Assembly (NCBI RefSeq): GCF_963921235.1
Contig: NC_086101.1
Span: 3,598,001 to 3,662,000, forward strand
DNA: 64,000 bases
Origin: Mobula hypostoma
Taxonomy: Eukaryota
Reading direction: 5' to 3'
Shown: piece after piece, positions 1 to 13,018 of the stretch
How the letters are laid out: each line of letters begins with the position of its first letter
Position numbering within the stretch: the stretch's first letter is position 1
Program-made: the position numbers and the translations under genes
Notes under the pieces: model-generated
What the model saw: the letters and a program-made list of their open reading frames with translations, nothing else
The model's database searches: none
What the model was told of the DNA's origin: nothing

Positions 1-178
1 CTTCAGTCTTCTGCCTAGTTGCCGAAACTCACACTTCAGGACCTCAGCTCTCTTCCTGCCTACGTCATTGGTCCCAACATGTATCACGACTTCTGGTTGC
101 CTTCCCCCTCGTACCAGGATGTCGTGCACCCGGTCAGAGACATCCCGGACCCTGGCACCCGGGAGGCAACAAACCACG
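1..178 (-). mobile_element. CR1 LINE ORF1 fragment (SGNH/GDSL esterase-like domain)
   Basis: Reverse strand translates VVCCLPGARVRDVSDRVHDIL...PEVVIHVGTNDVGRK, the CLPGA / HVGTND blocks typical of CR1 ORF1 esterase. Confidence 0.8.
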
Positions 179-187
179 CTGGAAGCT

Positions 188-581
188 TGTAGTTTCGATT
201 CCTGGAGGAGCCACATGGTTTACTGGGAATCCATGACTTTTTTTCCTGTAAGAGTCACGTGATGACATATTCCCGACTGTTTAAAAAGAGTCACAGTCAT
301 TTATTGAGTCTGTCGCTCATTAGGGAGTCGGTCGGTAAGGAGTCGTTAAAAATCGATGGGATTTTAAACTGCTGCTCTAAGACTGTGCTTGAGTAAGACT
401 TTGTTCAGAACTGTTTCTAAGTTTGACTGTTTGGGAGCTACAGACGCATAACGCTGTTAACTTCTGTTCAAGTTAGTCATTTGTTTAATTTTCTATATTT
501 CTGCGTAAATGTTAATAAATTTAATTGTTTAGCAATAATTCCCCGGCTCCATTCTACATCTATTGTTGCTGGTCCGTAACA
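188..581 (+). mobile_element. Probable solo LTR or LTR fragment
   Basis: Begins TGT, has AATAAA near 514 and ends TTGTTGCTGGTCCGTAACA, similar to the end of the LTR at 52542 (TTGTTGCTGGTCACGTGACA on -). No matching TSD found. Confidence 0.4.
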
Positions 582-829
582 GAAGGTACATCGTATGCTT
601 GCCTTTACTAGTCGAGGCACTGAGTTCAAACGTCATGAAGTTATGTTTCAACTTTATGAAACTCTAGTTGTGCCACATCTGGAATACTGCATACAGTTCT
701 GGTTGCCCTATTATAAGAAAGATGCAGAGGCTTTGGAGAGGGTGCAGAAGACATTTACCAGGATGCTGGTAAAGGAGGACTAGAGCTGACCTGATAGAGG
801 CCAACAATTGCCAGGCCCACTCCCAGAAC

Positions 830-1560
830 CCCTCCTAAATAATGGAACCACATGAGCAACACGTCAATCCTCCAGCATCATCCCCGCCTCCAATGACACG
901 AAACATTTCCGTCAGAGCCCCTGCCACCTCCACACCAACCTCCCTCAAGGTCCCAGGGAACATCCCGTCCGGACCCGGAGACCCACCCACCTCTACATTC
1001 CTTAAAAGCACCAGTACTTCCCCTTCCTTAATCGTCACACTTTGTACAACTACCCTTCTTGTTTCCTTTACCTTTCACAACTCAACATCCTTCTCCCTAG
1101 CAAACACTGAAGAAAAGAAATTGTTCAAAATTTCCCCCCCCTCTCTCTTGGCTCCGCACATAGCCGTCCACTCCGACCCTCCAAGGTACCAATTCTATCC
1201 CTCTTTATCCTTCTGCTACCAATGTAACTGGAGAAACCCTCTGGATTTATTTTCACACTACTTGCCAAAGCAGCTTCTCATCTTCCTTTAGGCTTTCCAA
1301 TTTCTTTCTTAAGATTCTCCTTACATTCTTTATATTCCTCGAGCACCTCATTAACTCCAAGCTGCCTACATTTATTGTAGATCCTTCTCTTTCTCCGAAC
1401 TAAATATCCCTTGAAAATCATGGCTCTCCCAAACCTCCAACCCCTCCCTTCAACCCAACAGGAACACAAAGATCCTGCACCCTCAAAATTTCACCTTTAA
1501 ATGACCTCCATTTCTCTATTACATCCTTCCCATAAAACAATGAGCTGCGATCCCTCTCAA
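830..1560 (-). mobile_element. Degenerate CR1 ORF2 fragment (EN-RT linker)
   Basis: ORFs 835-1038 (GSPGPDGMFPGTLREV) and 1278-1618 resemble the CR1 KSPGPD region seen in the younger copies. Confidence 0.75.
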
Positions 1561-1764
1561 CGCAGACGCCAATTGCTCCTTCGAGTTCAGAATCAGAACC
1601 AGGTTTATTTTCACTCATTTATATTGGTGACCACGACCAACACACCACATAAAGTTCCCAAATGCATGTAAATTGTAGGGAGGCATAGCGGTTAGCACAA
1701 CGCTATTATGGCCCGCTGAGCTCCGGAGTTCAGAGTTCAATTCACGCCACTCCACAGTGGGGAG

Positions 1765-2320
1765 CTGCAGTGACAGGGCCTCTGGCAGCGAGTCTGGTGC
1801 TGTGCCTCAGAATAGCAGAGTGCTGAAGAGGACTGCAGTGTTGATATGAGATGCCATAGAGGAATAGAGACGAGATTCTGTGGGAGTGATAGAGACACCC
1901 GGATGGTATGTTGCCTCCTAAGTGCCAGGGTCAGGGATGTTTTGGATCAGGACGAGGGTGATCAGCTAGAGGTCTTGACGCATATTGGCACCAGTTACAT
2001 AGGTAGACAAGATTAGTGGTCATGTAGAGAGATTTTGGTGAGCTACGTAGAAAGCTGACTAGCAAGACCTCCAGGTAGTAATCTCTGGATTGCTGACTGT
2101 GTCTGATCCAGTGAGGGTAGGAAAACGATGGTTTGGCAGGTGAATGTGTGGCTGAGGAACTCGTGCAGGGGGCAGGGGTTCAGATTTATGAATCACTGGG
2201 GTCTCTTCTTGGGAAGGTATGACCTGTACAAATGTGATGGGTTGCACCTGAACACGACGGGGTCCAATATCCTTGAGGGCAGGTTGATTAGTGTTGTTCA
2301 GGTGGTGTTAATGTAATTTG
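1765..2320 (+). mobile_element. Degenerate CR1 ORF1 esterase fragment, preceded by a SINE head (~1680-1760)
   Basis: Contains VCCL.SARVRD and HIGT motifs; ORF 2128-2316 reads NVWLRNSCRGQGFRFMNHW...DGLHLN. Confidence 0.7.
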
Positions 2321-2449
2321 GCAGATGTATCAGAACAGGCATGACAGGGCTGAGGTGAGATAGTTGGTCTCCAACGGAGGTAGTGTGTAATGAGACACCG
2401 AGCAAGGAGAGGACGTTGATAGTGTAAAATTGCAAACAACGGGGTGAAA

Positions 2450-4470
2450 CATGAAAGCATTGAAAACCTGCAGCGCAATACAAGCCCTTTGGCCCACAAT
2501 GTCGCGCCGAATATGTGATCATTTAGAAGTTAGCTAGGGTTACCAACAGCCCTCTACTTTTCTAAGCTCCATGTAACCTATCGAGGAGACTCTTTGAAGA
2601 CCCTATTGTAACCGCCTCTATTACCGTCTCCGGCAGCCCATTCCACGCACTCACCACTCTCTGTGTAAAATTATTACCCCTGACATCTCTTCTTTACCTA
2701 GTTCCAAGCACCTTTAGACCGTGCCCTCTTGTGGCAGCCATTTCAGCCCTGGGAAAAAGACTGACTATCCACACGATCAATGCCTCTCATCATCACACTT
2801 CCATCAGGTCACCTCTCATCCCCTGTCCCTCCCAGGAGAAAAGGACAAGTTCATTGAATCTATCGAAATAAGACATGCACCCCAATCCAAGCAAGGTCCT
2901 TGTAAATCTCCTCTGCGCCATTTCTATAGTTTCCACATCCTTCCTGTAGTGAGGTCACCAGAAATGAGCACAGTACTCCAAGTGGAGTCTGACCAGGGTC
3001 CTATAGAGCTGTGAGATTATCTCTCAGCTTTTGATCTCAATTCTACGGTTGATGAAGGCCTTCTTAAATGCACAGTCAACTTGTGCAGCAGCGTTGAGTG
3101 ACCTGTGGACCAGGACCACAAGATCCCTCTGATCCTCCATACAGGCAAGAGTTTATCATATTCTCCCATCATATTTGATCTACCAATGTGAACCACCTCA
3201 CACTTATCTGGATTGAATTCCATCTGCCACTTCTCAGCACAGTTTTGCATCCTATTGATGTCCCTCTGTAACCTCTGATAGCCCTCGACACCATCCACAA
3301 CATCCCCAACCTTTGTGTCATCAGCAAATTTACTAACCCATCCCTCCGCTTCTTCATCCAGGTCACTTATAAAAATCACGAAGAGACGGGTTCCAGATCA
3401 CATCCCTGAGGCACACCACTGGTCACCGACCTTCATGCAGAATATCACCTGTCTATCACCACTCTTTGCCTTCTGCGGGGAAGCCAATTCTGGATCCACA
3501 AAGCAAGGTCCCCTTGGATCTCATGCCTCCTTACTTTCTTAATAAGCCTGGCATGGGGTACCTTATCAAGTTCCTTACTGAAATCTATATACACTACATC
3601 TACTGCTACAGCCTCATCAATGTGTTTAGTCACATCGTCAAAAAATTCTATCAGGCTCGTAAGGCATGACCTGCCTTTAACAAAGCCATGCTGCCTATTC
3701 CTAATCATGTTATGTCTCTCCAAATGTTTATCATCCTGACTCTCAGAATCTTCCCCATCAACTTACCAACCAACGAATTAAGACTCACTGGACTATATTT
3801 TCCAGGGCTATCCCTACTCCCTTTCTTGAATTTGTGAACAACATCCGCAACCCTCTATCCTCCGGAACCTCTCCTGTCCCCTTTGATGATGCAGTGATCA
3901 TTACCAGAGGCTCAGCATTCTCCTCCCTGGCCTCACACAGTAGCCTGGGGTACATCTCATCCAGTCCCGGCGACTTATCCAACTTGATGCTTTCCAAAAG
4001 CTCCAGCACATACTCTTTCTTAATGTCTTTATGCTCAAGATTTTCAGTCCACTGTAAGTCATTCCTAAATTCACCAAGATCCTTTTCTGCAGAGGATGCT
4101 GAAGCAAAGCATTCGTTAAGTATCTCTGCTATCTCCTCCGGTTCCATACACACTTTTCCACTGTCACACTTGATTGGTCCTATTCTGTCACGTCTTATCC
4201 TCTTGTTCTTCACATACTTGTAGAATGCCTTGGGGTTTTCCTGAATCCTGCTCGCCAAGGCCTTCTCATGGCCTCTTCTGGCTCTACTGATTTCATTCTT
4301 CAGATCCTTCCTGCTCGCCATATAATTTTCTAGATCTCTAACATTACCTAGTTTTATGAACCTTTTGTAAGCTCCTCTTTTCTTCTTGAGTAGATTTACA
4401 ACAGCCTTTGTACACCATGGTTCCTGTACCCTACCATACTTTCAATGTCTCACTGGAACGTACCTAATAA
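2450..4470 (-). mobile_element. CR1 LINE ORF2 (RT) with 3' end, decayed
   Basis: ORFs 3785-4321, 3445-3723 (QHGFVKGRSCLTSLIEFF, YIDFSK) and 3017-3379 (SKFADDTK). Confidence 0.9.
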
Positions 4471-4759
4471 TCTCCACCCCACTTAATGTTGCAATGTAAA
4501 AGGTGGACAATTCGATAAGGGTGAATACAGGACCCACAGCTTATGGAATAAGGCAGATGAACTTGTAGCACAGTTAAAGAATGGCAGGTATAATGTTGTG
4601 AGCACCACTGAATTGTGGCTGAAAGCTTATTGCTGGGAGCTTAATGTCTAAGGATACATATTGTATTAAAAGGACAAGCAGGCAGGCAGAGGAAGAAGCG
4701 TTGGTTAAAAAAAAAAACAAAATCAAATCATTAGAACGAGGTGGTATCAGGTTGGGAAG

Positions 4760-6235
4760 TTTTAAATCTTTTTGAGGCCTTGCTTCTTGAAGATGTCCTG
4801 GATGCTGGGTAGGCGAGTACCCCTGATGGAGCTGGCGAAGTCTGCAACATTCTACAGCTTATTTTGATGCTGTGCAAAGCCACCCACCATCCCAGACGGT
4901 GATGCAGCCAGTTTGAATCCTCGCCATGGTACATCTGTAGAAATTTGCCAGTGTCTTTAGTGACGTACCTGATCTCCTCAAGCTCCAAGGTATAGCTGCT
5001 GATATGCCTTATTTGCAGCTGTATCGATACGTTGTGTCCACGATAGATCCTCAGAGATATGGACACCCAGGAAGTTGAAATTTCTCCATCTTTCCACTTC
5101 TCATCCCTCTATGAGGACTGGTGTGTGTCCTCTAGTCTCCCCCTTTCTGAAGTCCACAATCAATTCTTTGTTCTCACTGATGTTGTGTGTAAAGGCTTCT
5201 TGATGGGACACCACTCAACTAGCTGATATATCTCGTTCCTGTACGCCTTCTCATCGCCATCTGAAATTCTGCCAACAATAGTTGTGTCATCAGTAAATTT
5301 CTCGATGACATTTAAGCTGTGTTTAGCCACATAGTCATGGGTGTAGAGAGAGTAGAACAGTGAGATAAGCACACATCCCTGAGGTGTGCCAGTGTTGATT
5401 ATCAGAGAGGTGGATGTGTTATTTCTGATCCACACAGATTTCAGTCTTCTGGTCAGGAATGTGAGGATACACTTGTAAAGGGATGTACGGAGGCCCAGGA
5501 TGTGGAACTTTTTGATCAGACTTATAGGAATGATTGTGTTAAACACTGAGCTATTGTCAAGAAACAGCATCCTGACTTGGGTATTTGTATGGTCCAGGTG
5601 ATCCAGGGCCATCTGGAGAGCCAATGAGATCAAATCCACTGGAGACCTATTGTGGCTATAGGCAAATTGCATTGGGTCCAGGTCCTTGCTGATACAGGAG
5701 TTGATTCTAGGCATAACCAAACTCTGAAAGCACTTCATCACTGTAGATGTGAGTACTACTGGACGATAGTCATCAAGGCTACTCACCCTGGTGTTCTTCG
5801 GAACTGGTATAATTGATGTCCCTTTGAGGCAGGTGGGAACTTCAACCTGTAGCAATGACAAACTGAAAATGTCTTTGAACACACCCACCAGTTGGTTGGC
5901 ACACACTTAAAGAACCTTACCAGGTCCTCCATCGGGGCCTGTCACCTTGTAAAGGGTTCACCTTCTTGAAAGATAATCTTATGTTGGCCTCCGAATGCAG
6001 AGATCACAGGGTCACCGGGTGCTGTAGGGATTCTCCCTTTCAAACCCGGCATAAAAGGCAGTGATTTATCGGTGACATTTATGATGTTAAGTTCGCTTCT
6101 CTGGATCTAATAGCCTGCAAACCTTTCCAGAGCTGATGTACATCCGATTCCTCCTCTATCCTCAATCAGAATTTCTCTTTTGCTCTTGAGATGGCCGTCC
6201 ATAAGTCACAACTAGACTTCATTCTACGGTGGTTT
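4760..6235 (-). mobile_element. Rex1/Babar-like LINE RT fragment
   Basis: ORF 5160-5906 contains [43 protein letters not shown] and KFTDDTT. Confidence 0.85.
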
Positions 6236-6254
6236 TGCTGACGATGTCAGAGAG

Positions 6255-6680
6255 TGTGTGTAGATGGTTGCCTCTCTGACTGGAGGCCTGTGACTAGTCG
6301 TGTACTGCAGGGCTGGTGCTGCGTCTCTTGTTGTTTGTCATCTATATCAACGATGATAACGTGGTTAGAGGTGTACAAGATAATGAGAGGCATTGATCGT
6401 GTGGATATTCAGAGGCTTTTCCCCAGGGCTGAAATGGCTAGCACGAGAGGGCATACTTTTAAAGTGCTTGGAAGTAGGTACAGCGGAGATGTCAGGGGTT
6501 AGATTTTTACGCAGAGAGTGCTGAGTGCGTGGAATGGGCTGCCAACGGCAGAGGTGGAGGCGGAAACAATGGGGTCTTTTAAGAGACTACTGGATGGGTA
6601 CATGGAGCTTAGAAAAATAGAGGGCTATGGGTAAGCCTAGACAGTTCTAAGGTAAGAACATGTTCGGCACAGCTTTGTGG
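6255..6680 (+). mobile_element. CR1 3' fragment
   Basis: ORF 6254-6502 reads WRPVTS..., EVYKIMRGIDRVD..., TRGH. Confidence 0.75.
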
Positions 6681-6984
6681 GCTTTGTTTCTATGCAATTG
6701 GATCAGCAAATTTATGAATGACAATAAGTTTGGTGATGTAGTGGACAAGGTTCAAAGTAAATTTACTAGCAAAGTACAGTTTACTTACAACCCTGACATT
6801 CATTTTCTTGTGGGCATACTCAATAAAACCAATGATAGAATCAAGGAGAGACCGCACCAACAGAGCCGACAACCAGTAGGCAAATGACAACAAATTGTAA
6901 ATACAAAAAGAAAGTAAAATAAGAAATGCACATCAAAGTTGCTGGTGAACGCAGCAGGCCAGGCAGCATCTCTAGGAAGAGGTG

Positions 6985-7022
6985 CAGTCGACGTTTCAGG
7001 CCAAGACCCTTCGTCAGGACTA
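6985..7022 (-). ncRNA. Minimal type I hammerhead ribozyme motif (PLE-associated)
   Basis: Reverse strand reads TAGTC-CTGACGA-A-GGGT(CTTG)GCCT-GAAA-CGTC^GACTG. Confidence 0.68.
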
Positions 7023-7055
7023 ACTGAAAGAAGAGTGAGTGACTCTTCCTTCAGT

Positions 7056-7093
7056 TAGTCCTGATGAAGGGTCTCGGCCTGAAACGTCGACTG
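7056..7093 (+). ncRNA. Minimal type I hammerhead ribozyme motif (PLE-associated)
   Basis: TAGTC-CTGATGA-A-GGGT(CTCG)GCCT-GAAA-CGTC^GACTG: conserved core CUGAUGA/GAAA, GUC cleavage triplet, stem I AGTC/GACT, short stem II, palindromic ACGT stem III. Confidence 0.7.
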
Positions 7094-7899
7094 CACCTCT
7101 TCCTAGAGATGCTGCCTGGCCTGCTGCGTTCACCAGCAACTTTGATGTGTGTTGCTTAAATTTACAGCATCTGCAGAATTCCTGTTGTTTACGTAAAATA
7201 AGAAATAATAGTTTTTATAATACATAAATAATTAATAAATAAGTATTGAGAACATGAGATGAGGATTCCTTGAAAATGAGTACATAGGTTGTGGGAACAA
7301 TTCAGTGATGGGAGTGAAGTTATCCTCTCTAGTTCAGTAGCCTGATGGTTGAGGGGTAGTAACTATTTTTGAACTTTGTGGTGTGAGTCCTGAAGCTCCT
7401 GTACCTTCTTCCTGATGCAGAGGCCCTGATGTGGTTCCTGATGATGGATGCTGCTATCCTGCGACAGTGCTCCATGTAGCTCTGCTCAGTGGTGGGAAGA
7501 GCTTTACCTGTGATGGATTGGGCTCTATCTAATACTTGTTTCAGCTCAAAGACATTGGCATGCCAATGCAAGGCTGCGATGCAGCCAGTCAATATACTCT
7601 CCAGCACTCAACTATAGAAATTTGTCAAAATTTTAGATAGCATGCCAAATCTTTGCTAAGTTCTAATGTAGTAGACATACTGTCAAGTTTTTTTCAATAA
7701 TTACACTTATTTACTGGGCCCAGGACAGGTCCTCTGAAATGAAAACTCTACTGAAATGAAAAATGCTACTGGACGATAGTCATTGAGGTAGGTTCCAAGT
7801 TCTTCTTACGTACCGGTAGAATTCAAGCCCGCTTGAAGCAGGTGGGTACGTCAGACGGCCAAAGATCTCAGTGAACGCTCAAGCCAGAAGATACCCAGA

Positions 7900-8645
7900 G
7901 GAAGTTCGTGATAGAAGCGAGGAAGACTATTGAAGCCTGCAGCAGGATCGAGACCAGCTGGTGAAACGGGCTGAAAAATGGCAGATCGAATTTAATGCAG
8001 ACAAGTGTGAGGAACTGTATTGCAGGTCGGGATGATAACCACTGTAGGTCTTACATAGTGAGTGGCAGAGCACTGAGAAGTGCAATAGAACAGAGGGATT
8101 TGGGATCCATAACTTCTTCAAAGAGTCATAAAGAAAGCTTTTGGCACATAGGCCTTCATAAATCAATGTATTGAGTACAGAATGTTATGTTGAAGTTGCA
8201 TCAGACGTGGGTGAGATCTAATTTGGAGAGTTGTCTCGTTTTGGTCCCCTACCTACAAGAAAGTTTGAAAGAGTGCAGAGAAAATTTACATAGATGTTGT
8301 TAGGACTTGAGGACCTGAGTTATAGGGAAAGGTTGAAGAGATTACGAATTCATTCCCGAGAGCGTAGAGAATTGAGGGATTCAAGCAGGCATTTTCCACT
8401 GTGGTTGGGTGAGACTAGAACTGGTGAAAATAGGTGAAGGGTGAAAGATGAAATGTTAAAGGGAAAATGTATGAGGGGAGACTTCCTTTCTCAGAGGGTG
8501 GTGTTAAGAGAAATTTGGACAGTTACATGCATGGGAGGGTTACGGTGGGATATGGTTCATGTGCAGGTCGATGGGGCTAAGCAGATTAATGTTTTGGCAC
8601 AGACTAGATGGGGCTAGTTTCTGTGCTGCAGTGTTCTATGGCTCC
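7900..8645 (+). mobile_element. Decayed CR1 3' half
   Basis: Shows KWQIEFNADKCE-like sequence and a CR1-type 3' end (ctgtgctgcagtgttctatggctccatg). Confidence 0.7.
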
Positions 8646-10499
8646 ATGAGTCAGCATACAGGAGGCAGTTTGAAAATCTGGCTGATGGTGCCACAACAAC
8701 AATGTTTCGTTTAAAGTCAGCAAGACAAAGGAGCTGATTATGAAGGAGTCCCAGCACCCAGACCATGCTCTCTCCTATCTGCTGCCACCAGGAAGAAGGT
8801 ACAGGAGCCTCCGGGCTTTCACCATCAGTGCAGTACAGAGCAAAGCCATAAAACACTTTAAATTCTAAACTAAAGAGTACGATGAAAGGAATAACGGGGT
8901 AATCACTGGGAATCGGGAGAAATCACTCCAGTGGCTGGAACCATCACCAGTACGAAGAAGGTAGCGATCGTGTTTGGAAGCTGCTCATCTCAGCCACAGG
9001 ACATCTCTGCAGGAACTCCTCAGACCGGTGTCCTATTTCCAAACATTCTCAGCTGCTTAATCAATGATCCTATGTTTGTCGTAAGGTCAGAGATCAGGAT
9101 GGTCACTGACGACCGAACAATGTTCAGCACTATCTGCCACTCCTCAGATAATGAAGCAGCCCACAACACAAATACAGCAAGACCTGGACAATGTCCAGTC
9201 CTGGGCTGATAGGTAGGAAGTAACATTCACGCCACACCGTGACCTGAGGAGCGAATCTCTGGGATTCACGAGAGAAGCGGAAAAGTTTGTAACATGGTCA
9301 GACGATGTGCCATACAAACTTGGATATTACAGGAAAATTAGTCCAAGAGAGTTGACGTGACAAGATGCAGTGCAGTGATGAGAATGTGGATGCATTTAGT
9401 CAGCAAGGTGTAGCTTGCTGTAGCAAAGGTAAACAGGTGGAAGTTGGACAAAGAACGGGTGAGTTTGTCATTAGATAAGCAGAGGCACGGCAGAAAAACA
9501 GGGTCATTAATTAAACAGCAAATTACAAAGAGTATGGAGGAAATGGCTGTCAGGCAGATAGAGGCTGCTCCAGCAGATTGAAACAGGGGTCAAAAACCAC
9601 AATGAAAACTAGATTCCTGGTGAAATATTTTGAATTCTGCTTGTCACCATTGTAACAGGAACTGTTAAAATGCCGGAAGATTGTTGGCTCAGTGGAGTAT
9701 CTTTGTGCTCACCCTTGAAGTACACCCGAGTGTTCACTGTAACAGAACCAGAAAAACCTGATCCTCACCGCTGGTGACGCGATGTCCTTTCAGTGTTGTC
9801 CCGTATTTAATCAGGAGACTGGACCACACAAAACAACTTGTGGATCAAGCTGCTGTTCTGCAAACTGCCTGATGGTCAGTGTGACGCTGGGCAGCAAATA
9901 GGGATTCCAGTGCCATGTGCCGGCTGCCCGGAGCTGGAGGGGTTCAGAGGACATGTAGAGAGAAAGGAGTTCCGCTTGTGGGCCCAGCCCTGAATAAGAG
10001 AGACCAGATCTTCAATTGGAAACACTCCACACCCGGATGAAGTTGGGAAACTTCTTCACACGAAGGGCAGTGGAAATCAAAACTTCGCTGGAAAGCTGAA
10101 TAATTTTTCTTATGATGTATAACGTCCAGTCCTGTGCTTTTTCTTGCAAATTCATCCTGGTCATCGCCACGGCAGCTGTCTTCATATCCCCAGTTTTAAG
10201 GCATTAAGTAATTTAATAGTTGATACAAATTTACGTTTAACCACACAGCAGCATCTGTGGAGGGGAATGCACAGTGGACATTTTGGAGCAAGATGCTTGA
10301 ACATGGATTGTCAGTCTTGCTTTTCAGGACATGTCCCTTTCAGTCCTGCCTCAGAGTGAACAAGGCTCTTCTCTCCGGCTTTATTTATGTTCCGACCGGT
10401 TTAATGTGTCTCAGATCCCACCCTGATGTGGAAATGGTCGTGATTCTTTCCCACTGAACACATGCAGCAACATAACATTCATTCCCTGCTCCTGACCCA

Positions 10500-10870
10500 C
10501 TGAACTTGTGACTGCATATTGATTTACCACGCAGTTCAATCCCTTCTAACCTTCATCCAAGACACATCACACGCTGTTGCTCTTTTCAATGACTTCTAGC
10601 TCCATGGCCCCGATCATCTCATTTTCACTCTGGGTGTCTAATTCCAAGACACCTCCACCCCCTGTCAGGAGGGCCTTAAACCTCTCCACTTCTGTCTGGA
10701 CAACAAACCCAAGCAGTTCCCCTCCACCACCACTCTCCTCTGTCTGACAGAACTAGTCCTCACGCTCAGCAATTTCTCTTTCGGCTGCTCTCTCTTCCTT
10801 CAAAGTAAAGGTGTAGCCGTGGGCACTTGCATGGGTTCCAGCTCTGCCTGCCTTTTCATCAGCTACACTT
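10500..10870 (+). mobile_element. Penelope-like element RT fragment
   Basis: Degenerate translation LTELVLTLSNFSF...QSKGVAVGTCMGSSSACLF matches the PLE RT motif (Q..GVAMG..MGP.YA.LF). Confidence 0.7.
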
Positions 10871-10879
10871 TGAGAGATT

Positions 10880-13018
10880 AAAAGTAGGATAGATACAGGG
10901 GATGCAGGGGATATTGCATATTTGGACTTTCAGAAGGCCTTTGACAAGGTGACACACATGAGGCTGATAACCAAGTTAAGAGGCCATTGTACTACAGGAA
11001 ACTTACTGGCATGGTTAGAACATTGGCTGATTGGTAGGAGGCAGTGATGGGGAATAAAAGGATACTTATCTGGTTGGCTGCCAGAGACTAGTGGTGTTCC
11101 GCTGGGGTCGGTTTTGGGACCTCTTCTTTTTATGCTGTATATAAATGATTTAGATGATGGAATAGTTGGCTTTGTTGGCAGGTTTGCAGATGATACGACG
11201 ATTGCTGGAGGGGCAGGTATTGTTTCGGAAACAGGAAGGATGCAGAAGGACTCCGACAGTTTAAGAGAAGGGGCAAAATGGCAACTAAAATACAATGATG
11301 GAAAATGTATGGTCATGCACTTTGGTAGTAGAAAAAAATGTGCAGACAATTTTCTAAGTGGGGAGAAAATCCAAAAATCTGAGATGCAAAGGGACTTGGG
11401 AGCTATGTTCGGTTTAAGCTGTGTGCATGTGCGCACGCGCACGTTTTCCAACCAGCGCACAAAGGAAATTAATATGCGCACAAAAGGTTACTTACCTAAA
11501 ATAACATAGTAATTAATAATTATACTTATTGAAAATAATCTTTTAGCTGAATGTTTCTGTTAACTAGTTAGTTGGCTTTTCAAATACCACAATGCACATC
11601 TCTGATTGTTCACTTCATTTTGCGTGAGGCAAAATTAACAAGATAAGGAAAGCAGTATCTGGGAGATAATGTTTCATGGGGTGACAAAGTTAAAGTTTTG
11701 CTAAGCCAACGACGTGAAGAAAACATCACAGTAGATACAAGTTCGCTGTTGACTTTTATAAATAGTCTTTGTGTTCATTTAGAAGAAAGGTTTCCTGAAG
11801 ATGAGGTACAAGAATGGTCAGCTTTTCATTTCTCCGCAATTGCAGATTGTGACTTCGCATTTGGCGATGAACAAGTTAATGCCTTATGTCTAAAACATCA
11901 TAATTTTCTAGCTGAAAATACTGTAATAGTTAGACAGTTTAATGATTTCAAAATTTTCCTTGCAAGAAAAAATTAAATGCAAACTGATTTCAAACTTTGC
12001 TCAAATGGTGGCATTTGTACCTCAAAATGAACAGTTTTGTGACTTTGCACAGTTGATGGACATTGGGGGAACCTTTCTTGCGGCTGGTGCGGACTGTGAG
12101 CGAGGCTTTCGCCGAATGAATCAACTCAAAAGCAAGCTGAGAAACCATTTAGGTGAATGACATTTGGATATGTTAATGAGAATCAAAAGCTATCAATTGG
12201 ATGGAAGTTCCATTAGTCTAGACAGAGTTTACAAAGAATGGGTAAATGCCAAAGGCAGGAGAGAGAAAAAATAACTAGGTGACTTAAATATGTATGTTAT
12301 TTTGTTGTTATTTTGTGCAGTTTTATGTCAAATATTTTGTAAACCTACATAAACTGTGCCATGTGTGGATTCAGTGCGCACATGCTTTTGTCACAGGAAA
12401 AAAATTTGCACAACATAAGATTTTTGCGCACATTGACTACTAAAAATTAGAGGGACCATTGCTTGGGAGCCCTTGTGCAGAACACGCTAATCGTTAACTT
12501 GCAGGTTGAGCCAGTGGTGAAGAAACAAATGCCACATCAGCATTCATTTCATGAGGTCTAGAATACAAGAGCAGGGATGTGATGCTGAGGCTTCATAAGG
12601 CAATGGTGAGGCCTCACCTTGAATATTGTGAACAGTTTTGGGCTCCTCATCGTAGAAAAGATGTGCTGGCATTGGAGAGGGTCCAGAGGAGGTTCACAAG
12701 GATAATTCCAGCAATGAATGGTTTATCATACGAGGAACGTTTGATGGCTCTGGCTCTGTACTTGCCGGAATTCCGAAAGATGAGTGGGGAATCTCATTGA
12801 AATCTTTCGAATGTTGTAAGGCTGAGACGGAGTAGATGCGGAAAGGAAGTTTCCCATGGTGGGAGAGTCTAGGGCAAGAGTGCCTCAGGTTAGAGCAACG
12901 CCCTTTTAAAACAGATGTGATGAAATTTCTTTAGCCAGAGGGTGGTGAATATGTGGAATTTGTTGCCACGCGCCGCTGTGGAGGCCAGGTCGTTGGGTGT
13001 ATTTAAGGCAGAGATTGC
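10880..13018 (+). mobile_element. Older CR1 RT/3' region, interrupted by hAT and CR1-A inserts (its 3' end continues at ~15890-16050)
   Basis: ORFs 11114-11509 (LYINDLDD, FADDT) and 12579-12800 (RPHLEYCEQFWAP). Confidence 0.85.
11403..12461 (+). mobile_element. hAT DNA transposon internal-deletion derivative (Tip100/ZNF862-like C-terminus)
   Basis: 8-bp TSD CTTGGGAG (11395-11402, 12462-12469). Imperfect TIR: CTATGTTCGGTTTAA vs CAATGGTCCCTCTAA. hATC dimerisation motif ADCERGFRRMNQLKSKLRNHL...LMRIK at ~12085-12190. Confidence 0.85.

Larger units (their letters stand above)
6928..7192. mobile_element. Penelope-like terminal-repeat insertion with inverted arms
   Basis: Near-perfect inverted arms of about 108 bp (6929-7037 vs 7042-7149), flanked by a 14-bp TSD GTAAAATAAGAAAT (6914-6927, 7193-7206). 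The same sequence caps the PLE ORF at 46797. Confidence 0.85.
6750..7900 (-). mobile_element. Rex1/Babar-like LINE 3' fragments (host of the PLE insert)
   Basis: ORF 7329-7607 reads ESILTGCI...SGRRYRSFRTHTTKFKNSYYPSTIRLLN. Confidence 0.65.

Noticed and set aside
842..1291. 149-aa Ser/Thr/Pro-rich ORF and similar antisense ORFs
   Set aside because: Antisense shadows of CR1 ORF2.
6928..7192. miRNA precursor or MITE
   Set aside because: The arms match the terminal repeat of the PLE at 46797, and the 14-bp TSD with an asymmetric extension fits Penelope-type insertion.
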